Positions 23,369 through 33,766 of a stretch of 51,293 nt of DNA are shown here, one piece after another; position 1 is the first letter of the stretch, and each line of letters starts with the position of its first letter. Position numbers and translations under genes: made by a program. Below the pieces are notes generated by a model, which ran no database searches, was not told the DNA's origin, and saw only the letters and a program-made list of their open reading frames with translations. Source of the stretch: Macrostomum lignano (taxonomy: Eukaryota); NCBI GenBank assembly GCA_002269645.1, contig NIVC01004299.1:1-51293 (forward strand), in the 5' to 3' direction.

Positions 23369-26300
23369 ATGACTTTGCTTGGCTTGTACGATGGAATTCT
23401 AAACAAGTTGCTTAGTACCTGTGCAATCGCACGCAATGCTGAGCAGCCCCTGCCTCAGACCGCGGGAGACTCTCCATTGCTGAAGTTCTGTCTAGAAGAG
23501 ACAGAAAAATCGAGCTGTCAACTCATCATTCTGCGGGCTGAAGCTGCACACCAGGTCGATGCTGGCTCAGAGCTTTGCTGGACTTCGCCGCATCACCAGG
23601 TTGCTATGAGAGTCTCAAGGCCAATCAAAGACTTGGCAATGGATTCTGGAAACCAGCAAACTCAGCTCATTCTGTACGACTTGTGCCAATTCGCTTTCAA
23701 AAACTTGAAGGAGCTCCAAAAACCTGAACTGAAAATACTCACTAATGAAAAATTGATAATGAGCTTGTTCGACTTCAAGAGACAGCCGGACCATCAGCGA
23801 GTGGAAAATTTCCTTGTGAGTGCCTACCTGTTTATGCACCTTATCCGAGTGCCAGGCGACAGACTTATCACTGTATTTGAAGAGGCAGATAACAGGCTTA
23901 GCATCCAGATTGGTGATGGACCGCGAAGTTCGCTTCGAAAGTTGACTTTCGACTGCAGCACCAAAACAGAGGAGTCTTTCGAGAAACAATTTCACGAAAC
24001 CCTGAGTGAGGGTGGCTCTTCATTGTACATCTGCTTATTCTTTAACGAACTGAAGACTTGCAGCTGGTACCTCAATGAAAAGGGCAAGGACAAGCAGCAC
24101 GATAGGCTCCCGAATCATGACACAAGCTTGATCCAGTTCGAAGGCGATTGCTCGAAGCTGAATATCTCAGTGACAGCCTTCGATAGCGTAGAAGATAAAT
24201 ACAGCAGCTTCCAGATGGAGCTGAGTGCGGATGCAGCATTCTCACCCGATCGGTTTGGAGACGATGAGCTGCTGTCGACTGTAGTTGGTCTCGTTCGAAA
24301 GGTCGTGATGGAGCAGAAGCCGGCCAACCTCTGCCTCGTCTGCCTTACCGTTCCGTGTCGGACCGCCATTAAGTGGTTGGACATCGCTTCCGGCAGGTGA
24401 GTCGCTTATTTTTTTAATTGGGTGGAGCAGGGCTTATTGGATATTTGCTTTTTTACTGTATATACCAAAGAGGAACTGCAAAACTGATTTTAAAATTTTT
24501 GGTCACATTTATTTCACCATGGCTAGTTACTTATTGTGGTTATAAATTGTGATATTTGTAGTCGTATACGAGCGTACAGTGTGTGGGAGTCTTGCTCACT
24601 TTCATCGATATTTTAATGATGCCAATGAGTGTCAAAGCTGTCAATATTTTTCCGTATAAACCGTATTACTTCATTCCGTTGCTGAGTTTACGAAGTAAAA
24701 TGACAGCTAAATATTACAAATTTGAATGTGATTTTCAAAAACGCAAGTGCTTTTATATTTTTCAGGGAGATATCATGTTGTACAGAAGAAGGCCAAACAG
24801 TCCCATGTTCTGATGACGCTCAGTTATCGGTAGGTTTTCCAATATCCATGTGTTATATCGATTTATGTACTTACTACTTATGCCCCATCCGATTCCAACA
24901 ATCAATGAAAATGATCATTTTTCTCTATAAGAAAATTAGTGCCTAGTGTTGATTAATACTAAAAACGAGTAACTGTCTTTGTAATTAAATAAAAAAGTTT
25001 CTTCCAATTTTTCCAGATTTTTCATTCAGCAGCAGCTAGTGGAGATGTTGCAGTGCTGAGGCAGAGACTGGAAGGCAACCGACTATTGGTTAGTGCTCAG
25101 CAGCAGGAGTTTCCACGTCGCACCGCTCTACTCTGTGCTGCAGCAGCTGCTCCAGAAGACTTTTCTCAGGGTCAACAATCGCACACTGAATGTGCGAGCC
25201 TACTCATCAACAAAGGAGCTGATGTTGGAGACTGTGACTCTCGCGGACACTCGGTGCTGCACTGTGCGGTTCTATCTGAAAATGAAGAATTGGTTGAGTT
25301 TCTGCTGAAAAATTCAACTGCAGATCCAAACAGCAGAGACGAGGATGGTCTGACACCCCTGCAGCTTGCGGTAGAGCAGGAGAACGTTGCCATGGCAGAC
25401 CTATTTCTGGAAAGTGGGGTGGATGTCTGTCTGAATCCCGACGGAACCATTGTTGAACTTGTCCAAGCTCTCGACTCCGAAAACTTTGAGCTCGTGAGAA
25501 CACTCCTAGATCATTATCCGGAAGCAATGTCCGACGACCAGTTTCATAAGTACTACTGGCAAGCGTGGAAACTGGATGCGACTCAAATCTACAGTCTTCT
25601 TTTGATGTATGTATGCTCATAGGTTTTTCCAAAAAGTGATTTTTTCCAATCTAATCGAACTGTAAATTTTTATTGGTCACCTTTTTAGATCAAAATATGG
25701 TCTTTCCGACGAAGCGGTTCAGGTAATTTCCCCAGTTTTTCTAAGCACTGATTATATATGAAACACTTTAACTTAAATGTTCTTAATGTTTATTTGCATA
25801 TGACTGTATACTTGTACATTCGAATATTCATGATTGAGAAAAGTTATTGGGTTTGTTGATCAAAGCAGCAATGAGATTTCAAACATCGTAAATCATTCCA
25901 CTTTTTCGCTAAAAACCCATATTTAGGAAGCAACTCTACTCGGACAGCTTGCATCTCAAGGCGATGTCGAGCAGCTCAAATTGAAGCTCAGCATCCACAA
26001 CTGCAACCTCCGAGACTGGGACTGCAGAACTCCGCTCATGTGGTCAGCCATCGCTAGTTGCGACCCCACAGAGGGACATGCAGACTGTGCTCAGCTGCTG
26101 CTCAGTCTGAGAGCGAACCCCAACGCTGCCGATCTTGACGGCAACTCGCCATTGCACTTGGCTGCGGCCTCCAACAATGTGGAAGTGGCGGCGCTGCTGC
26201 TGCTGCACGGAGCCGACGAGAAAGCGAGAAACCGGAAAGGCGCCACTCCGGCTGAGGTAGCCAAGCAAAGCGGCCAGCCGGATGTGCAACTCTTCCTGGA

Positions 26301-29300
26301 GACCGCTGAGGAGCTGGAACGGTAAGAGTACTTTTATAGAAAATGCTACGAGCGTAATAGTTATGGTTGCATACTAAAGTTACAATGGAGCGAAACCGAA
26401 GGTTCAAAATGGAGATTGCTCGTGAGAGGGGCTTCACATTCAGTGGGTCGCCTGAGCAGTTGGGGTTCTATATAGAAATTAAGCTAATAATAATAATAAT
26501 AATGTTTTGAAATTTACGCACAAAAATCCCTGCAAACGGAGAGGAGGAGCAGGCCAAGCTCAGAACGTACATCTGGCCAGTAGGGCACGAACAGGCTCCT
26601 CCCTGAGCACTAATGTCGGTTTCCTCAGGTGCAAACACAGTGCAGACCGTTGTCGCTTCAATATCTTAAACTCTGCAGTCTCAAATCTCCGGTCCAACAA
26701 GCCACCTATTTGAATTTGCGGCTTTTTCCCACTCTTTACTCGACTTTCTCTTGCTTATTGCCAGCTTTCTCGCAGTCATCTGCTTCTGCCTACCTCTACC
26801 TCCGCTTTTCGATATTTTAAATAAACGTTCGAAGTTTGATGAAGCTGCACTGACTGGGCGCTTTGCCTAGAAATACTTTTGCAGTTTCGGGGAGTTTCCA
26901 ACTCAATTAAGTTATTTGTACTTCATAAGAATCCAGTTTCAACTGCTCTAAGAACCCTGGCTTTCCCTCCTTCTACTATTGTAGAAGCTCAGAGGCCCGG
27001 CAGGCAGCCGCACACCGCTTGGATTCGGGCCTCCATCGGTGAGTCTGACCGGTTTGGCTTTCACTGCCGCATTGCGCTTTCCAACAGGCTGGCAGCTTGG
27101 GGCAGAAATTGCAGAAAGAATCAGAAGGGTTGAGATTGGGTTTGACTGAGTGTTACACTCGCAGCTCTCCTGCTTGCTCTGTCCATCCAACTCTAGGCTC
27201 TCAGACGACTCCCAGCAAGACAGGCGCCTGAGCGAGGAGCTGCATCGACTGCTCAGCGAGGCGGGATTCACCGAGAAGAGCGCAAAGTGTCAACAGAGAC
27301 TGACTGACTGGCTGCAAGAAGTCGCTCGAGTCCTCACGCATGATAATAGGTGGATGACGGGCAGCTACGCAGAGGGCTGGGCCAACAGTCTGGTGCAAGT
27401 GAACGGCAAGACAGCTGCAGACTCGGACATTGACTGGACTGTGCTGGTTGCTGGGCGGCAGTTCCATTTGGAGGGGTGCTGTGAAGGAAGATTTGGTTCC
27501 TGCAGAGACACCACTCGGCTGCAGGTCACGGAGGGTCACGTAAAGGTGGCAGTGGGAGCAGGTGAGTGAGGCTGTGTTCAGCATCAGAGTGCAACTGGAA
27601 GCCCAATAACAATCGGCTCAATTTTAAAATCGTAACCGATTGACGCCCAGTCTCCAAAAGCTACGTGTAAATAGTAAAGGAATTTCTCGTTTTAAATTTT
27701 TGCTTTATCCCCACATCATAAATTCCATAACATGCCCCTGCAAGCATTTCAGCGATTATTTTGCTTTATAGCTTTTGACATTCTAAATGAGAATTTGGCC
27801 AAGCTAGCTGAGACCAATGATCATATACACAAGATGGGCCACTCAATAACCACTCATGTGGCCATAGAAGCTAATGTAAAAAATTGCAACTGCGGGAAAA
27901 TCGACTACTGAACTCAATTCCGTCAGTAGTCTCTGCAGTGAATGCATCATTCTCAGTTTGATTGAGAAGATTTTTATTCAATTTGTGAGAAGTTCTATCA
28001 AATTATGTCCCTAAGCTACTGAATTCAAACTTATAAGCAACCCATGTTGGCTTTTTCGCACAAGTGACGAAAAACAGCGGTCGCACTTTCCCTATTACCG
28101 CCATACAAAGTGGCCTATCTAGGGAATATTCGATCTATGGGTGAGACCAGAGAATATCCAGTATAAACAGAATGCCAATAGGGGGGTCTAAAGTAAAGCC
28201 AGTTTTTGTTCCTTCCAGGACTCTACTTTTTGGCCATAGAAACTCCATGAGTTTTAGCAGGCGCATTAAAAATGTTTGCTACTAGCTTGCTTTTAAGACT
28301 AAATTTTGCTAATTGTATATTGTTTTGTTAGTAGGCTTTTTACCATTTACCAGGCAAATTCTCATCAAGCGGGGCTGCGGGGCATGGATGAAGGTATAGA
28401 AAGGATCGCTCATCTAAAAGCGAGTCTAATGGCCAAGACTTCCTAAAAATTGGGATATTCCCCCCCATGAATTTCATTGGCTGCTGGAATTTAATAATAG
28501 TCCACCCTAAGTTCTTAATGGCTAAAGCTTGTGCGCGGGGGAAAATAAAGCAGTTATAGATGTCTAACGTTAATTCACTTAATAGTGACTTTGGAATTTC
28601 CCCGGCGTACTTAAGCTTCGGCCAGTAATAAGAGACTATTATTAAACATCTTTATTAAGCCTCGGGACCATTAAATGCAGCCTCGGATATTCTAACCACA
28701 GAATGTGAATTAAACGGCCTTTATTATACCTCTTAACATTTTTTGGACATAAGTGAAGTTAATTTAGTCATTAGCCAGCTCAGTCCTAGAAAAGTGAGTT
28801 TGATTTAGTCAGCAGTCGGGGTTTACCATAGACTATAGTTAAGAAATGAAATCGATTTAACTAAATAAAACTAATTAGAATAAATTAACTTCACTTGTCC
28901 AAAATAATTGTTGAAAGGTATATTGCGTAATCATTGATTACAGTAGTAGCACTGACACAGGAGCTGAATTAGTTCAATCAACGTACGCGTTCAATTATTT
29001 TCAAACCAACCCAGTTTTTTAAGCTCACCACAAAGCGACTGTTCGCTTACTGCGCTTTGCAGGCAGCCAACCTGCAGTGACAGCCATGGCGTGCGGTGTG
29101 CGGCCTGCACAGGAAACGTGCCATGCGATCCAGTGCTGCAGCAGTTTCTGTGAGGATAGGGTTAAAAAACTGGTTGATAACAGTTATACTGCAGTTTACC
29201 TGGTTCGGGCGACCAGACCGAGCTCGACCAACGAGCTCAGAGTGAGCTTCAGCTTCCAAGAAAAACACATCATGAGACGGCTGAGCACAGTCCAGGGCCA

Positions 29301-30516
29301 GCTGTTCACACTCATCAAGTTCATCTTCAAGAGATACTTGCCGCTCACTCTGGACACACCTGGACTCAAGACCTATCATGCAAAGACTCTGCTCTTCACA
29401 ATGCTGAAAAAGCATGGCACAGATCCTAAGACTGAAGTTTGGCAGCCCCACAATCTGATCGCTCTGCTCAAGGAGTCTCTCGACTTGATGCTGAGCTTCA
29501 TCGACTCAAGCAGCTCGCCCGATGAGTGCATGCCGCACTTCTTCATGCCCGACGCTCCGCTCTACTTCAAGTACGCTGGAATCGGCGGCGACTTCGACAA
29601 CACGAAGGCGAGGGTTCGAGACCGACTTTGTGAACTGAGAAGCGACATCGGCGGAGTGGTCAAGCAGCTGAGGAGACTCGTGAGCCCTCCGCAGTCAGAG
29701 AAGTTCTATTTTCACCCGTTCACTCTGCTGCCTCTGACAGCACCGCCTGCTGTCACGGAGATCAGGAAAGGACTTTATGGCAAAGAGGAGATTTACTACA
29801 AGTTCGCATACGTGTACAGTGTGGTGCACCAGTGTGTGAGCGAGCTGCAGTCCGAATCGATCGACAGAGACACCCTGATGAGGCAGCTCAGTCTCCTGCA
29901 TGAGCTGCAGTGGTGCAAGTCCGCCGTCCTGTGCATGACCGCCATGGCGCATTTGAAGTTCGGAGAATCTGAGGAGGCTGAGAGACTCGCGATGGAGCTA
30001 CAGAGACATCAGGTTGAGTTAGGGTTAAAGCCACAGGATATTCCAAGAGATCGATATGGCCCAACTAAACTGCCAGAAGACTCAGACTGGGCGTGGAGGT
30101 TCTGCCTCCCCTGTGACTCTCCGCCTCACTTCCCGTTCCTTCCCGAGTTCACACAATCTCTATTCACAGCCAGACTTTCGCAGCCTCTCTCCTCTCACCT
30201 GTACGTGAACTTCCGCTGCCTGAGCTGGAGTCTCCAAGCTGAGCTGCTCCGCAATCGCGCACCTGCAATCGCATTCGATCATTGGATTGAACAGCTGCTT
30301 GAAGACCCGGACTTGGAGGAGCTGCTCACTCTGGCTCACTACAGCGACTGCTGCGAGCACGTGGAGCTCAGCCTGCAGCAGATGGAGATGATCAAGAAAG
30401 AGAGACGCGTCGCCATGGAGACGCAGGACGAGGAGAAGATCAGCTCGGTCAGACAGAAGCTGAAGAGACTTAATGATGCAGTAGCAGAAGTCCATCGGTC
30501 GGAAAAGGAAGGCTGA
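23369..30516 (+). CDS. Multidomain cGAS-like receptor (cGLR/Mab-21 nucleotidyltransferase) with about 9 ankyrin repeats and an unrecognised N-terminal domain; predicted 1317 aa
   Basis: Exons 23369-24396, 24766-24829, 25017-25610, 25927-26321, 26985-27038, 27197-27561 and 29063-30516 are all GT-AG and phase-compatible (2,0,0,2,2,1), total 3954 nt. Ankyrin repeats in exons 3-4. NTase GSYAEG...DSDID in exon 6. Mab-21 motifs VYLV, ELRVSFSFQEK, LIKFIFK, LKTYHAKTLLF and PHFF in exon 7. The Mab-21 identity is firmer than the junction to the ankyrin exons. Confidence 0.75.
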
Positions 30517-30989
30517 GTCAGACTGACTGTCTGGTGCGGTGTTCGATGCTGACACAATTTTCATTTACTTTGGTTTTGTTCAATCAAACTGTTTATTCTG
30601 CTGCATGCTGGCTTGATGAGGGTTCTGCGTGTTCTGCCAATTTCTGTCTAATTTAGCAACTTAAATGCTGCTTTGGTTTGTCTGCTTTTCAGGAAATGAG
30701 CACATCGAGAGCCACTCAGGAGTAGCCCTTCTGCTATTAACTGCAAATTGGTACACTTGTTCTGCAATTCAATTCACACACTGCATGCTAAATCGTTTTT
30801 TCCGTTCAAACTGCGCATCTGCTTTGATTTGGACTTTTCTCTGAGATTTTGTTCTGTATTCTTCAATACTTTTTAAGAGGTTTTTTAGGCTAAATGTACA
30901 GGCAGTAATTGTCAGCATGAACCTTGAAAGGTCTTAGGGTCAGCTGGGTCGGTTCGAAGCAGGAAAAGCTTGCTTCAGGAAAAAGCAAG

Positions 30990-31085
30990 AAGGTTTAACC
31001 ATGATGTCGCTAAATATTATGCATCACTGATCAGTGACCAATCGCTCAAGATCGATGCCTCTCGGATTGCTCCGAAGCTAGTGAA
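30990..31085 (+). pseudogene. Solitary copy of the 33-aa ISDQSLK repeat found at 16450-17700
   Basis: CATGATGTCGCTAAATATTATGCATCACTGATCAGTGACCAATCGCTCAAG closely matches the repeat unit (DVAKYYASLISDQSLK). Confidence 0.75.
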
Positions 31086-31611
31086 GACTTAGCCTTTTGG
31101 ATTGGTGCTGCTGAAATAACCTTTTTGATGGCGTAATGAAAAAGACTTCTTTTCCAGTGACGTCCATTAACGTCAGTTTCGTCGGTGGACATGAACAAGT
31201 TGCAAGGGTAGCTTGTAACAAAGATGGTTTGAGTAGACAACTACTCAAGTCATACTCAAGTCATCCAATTAGCTTGTGCATATACTCGTACATGTAATTG
31301 CATGCTTGCTTTTTATAATTTTCTTTCTGTCGCCGGTTAGATACACTGCAGTGCAGATCTAACTGGCTTTGTTGTTCTCATGCATGGATTGCTGCATGCT
31401 TCCCATACAATCCTTGCGCGACTTACATGTATTCTCTGCTTTGGACGTTTATCTCTTGTAACTCATCTGTTTGTTTTTGCTTAATTTATCGCTGAGTTAG
31501 TTTATTTTTCGCTTCTCGGATCTCGGAAGTTTCAAATCTTTGGAGATATCAGTTCGTGTTACATTGCCTGTTTCAGTTGAATCCGCTATGGTGTCATCAT
31601 CGTGTGGTAGC

Positions 31612-32332
31612 TGGAATGGGCGTGCCTCGCGGTTAAGCTACTGGTTTATTCTGTTTTCTATTATTACTTCTGTTATCATGTACTCTAATTTGGTAGGTTG
31701 CTGCCACCAGACTAATGTCCCTTATAATAATAGTTTTAAATTAAAATAAGTGAGACAAGAGTCGACTTCATGGAAGATTATTGGAATAAACAAACAAAAG
31801 AAAATGATATTATTGAACCAAATATGCGAAGATTTAAGCACTATTATTACTATGTTATTAGAACCGGTAGACTCCTGGTTCCTTTCCCTTACTTCTATCT
31901 AACTGACTATACTAATTCTCCTATTCTCGGTAGACTCCGTTTTGACTAAGCGGTAGACTCCTCTTAATCTCCCTATTTTACCCCGATCTTACCTTTTATA
32001 CTTTCTTATATATATTCTTTTTATTTTATAAAGGGGAGACTCCCTTAGTCTGGCTTATTTGAGACTTAGATCTCTTACAAACGTTGTCCAATGGACGGTC
32101 CTGAACAGGATGCTTTTCCCGAGGCCAAACAGCCTTTTACTAATAGAGGAACCCGCTAATACTCGAATTCCCACAACTTCAGATATTTCCCCGAGGGTGA
32201 ACTACTAATAGTAGCGTAAAAGCAAAACTGCTTATTCTAGAATTTCGTGCTACTAAAATAATTCCTCTCGACGAATAAGAACTGTTGGCAAACGCCTTGG
32301 CAAAACTGCCTTGAACTAAACCCCCTACTACA
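31612..32332 (-). repeat. 3' LTR (721 bp)
   Basis: Direct repeat of 39560-40279; minus-strand ends TGTAGTAGGGGG...CCCATTCCA. Confidence 0.95.
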
Positions 32333-32345
32333 CTTACCCCCCACT
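32333..32345 (-). promoter_or_regulatory. Polypurine tract
   Basis: AGTGGGGGGTAAG immediately upstream of the 3' LTR on the minus strand. Confidence 0.8.
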
Positions 32346-32925
32346 AAAAAAATGTGCAAACCCCTTTGCATATTTAGTTAATATCGGGTTTATTTCAATT
32401 AATTCAGACAGTATTAGTAGTGGCATGCATGGACTAAATATAAGCGATATAATGAGCATGATTAAGCAATAATAATAACTGAGTAATGGTAGCATAGCAT
32501 AGTATAGAACATAGTATGATTATATAGTAATATACAGTATAGGTAATAACAATGGACATAGCATACTATCAGCAAAAGTAATAAAACAGTACGAGTACAT
32601 GATTAGTGGAAGTAAACGACAATAATTAAGCCATACAATATTAGTTTGAGCAATAGTATGTGAGCACTTGAACAGTAATAATTGAGCATAATGGGATTAA
32701 TGAAATAGGCAATGACCATATAGGTTTTCTTCCTGAATATAATCGATATGTAAATATATATGTAAGGCAAGAAGCGGTGCAATGATTTGAAGAAAAGAAA
32801 AATAAATGGCACTATGGCACTGTGTAGAAAAATGCATACAACATCAAAAAAAAATTAAAAAAATTAAAGCTGTTTAATTGTGTAGAAAAGGTTAATAAAG
32901 CTGAAATGTTAATCCTTGTCTATTA

Positions 32926-33762
32926 TTAAAGTTGCCCTATCGGTCGGCAAGTTGGCGCGCGCTGAGAGCACTGGTAAAGGAGGCCAGTCGCGGGGGTTCG
33001 CCTGTCCTTTGGGTCGAATAATTCGACCATGGCCCGGAGATGCTCACTTACTTGGAAGGGCGACAATGGTCCCCTAGCCCTATCCTCAGCATATTGGAGG
33101 GCGTACGTGCAGGCGACTTCCATACACTGGACTTTCTGCTCAGCGGTGGCCTGGGCCAGAAATCGAGTACACTCTGGCGGCACCGCCGGGTCGTAGTGGC
33201 CAGTGCTGCCTGTTCTTAGCAGCCACTTTTTGAGCGCCTTGGTACTCTTCCTGAAACTTCGTGGGCTTGCTCCTGGCTGCTCGTTGCTTTCAGCAAGGTC
33301 TTGTGGCTGCGGTGTGTCGGCCCTGAAGAAGATAGCTACATCGACCGGAGTCTCATTAGTCGTCGGCCTCGCCTCCGGCGCTTCCTTAGGTTCCGGCACT
33401 TCTTGCGGTTCCGATACTTCTGCTGGGGCGTCGTTCTTCGGGCTGAGCTCTTCCTCGAGTTCAGGTAATTCTACTCCCAGTAGAGCTGCCATGAATTCCT
33501 CCTGTTCTCGCCGCACCTCCTCATCATGCCTTCTCGTTGCCTCCTCCAGGTCTACTCCATTCAGATCTACAACCAACTCTCCAGCCTCTTTATCTTCGTC
33601 CACTTCCTCTCGCTGCCGAACTTCTATGGGCTTCTCAGTTGCTTCTCTTGCTCGTACCGATCGTATTTGTGGCTGTTCGTTTTCATCGGGGCTACTTCTT
33701 CTTCTTTTCTTTCCCGAGTAAATTGTCTTGACTGGGTATACCCGCTCCGGGGCGTCAGCCAT
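32926..33762 (-). CDS. Retrotransposon ORF3, 278 aa, acidic, with basic KKRRR motif; not env-like
   Basis: Intact ORF between pol and the 3' LTR in element sense, preceded by the acceptor-like CCTACCTGCTCTTCCAG (ends 33776). No signal peptide or transmembrane segment is visible. Confidence 0.7.
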   Translation of the reverse strand: MADAPERVYPVKTIYSGKKRRRSSPDENEQPQIRSVRAREATEKPIEVRQREEVDEDKEAGELVVDLNGVDLEEATRRHDEEVRREQEEFMAALLGVELPELEEELSPKNDAPAEVSEPQEVPEPKEAPEARPTTNETPVDVAIFFRADTPQPQDLAESNEQPGASPRSFRKSTKALKKWLLRTGSTGHYDPAVPPECTRFLAQATAEQKVQCMEVACTYALQYAEDRARGPLSPFQVSEHLRAMVELFDPKDRRTPATGLLYQCSQRAPTCRPIGQL

Positions 33763-33766
33763 AATG

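Noticed and set aside
28480-28800. KLTFLGL... segment in cGLR intron 6 resembling DIRS-type RT
   Set aside because: Similarity is too weak to support without a profile search.
33203-33721. 172-aa plus-strand ORF, and 38056-38493 +
   Set aside because: Antisense shadows of ORF3 and gag, with no independent motifs.
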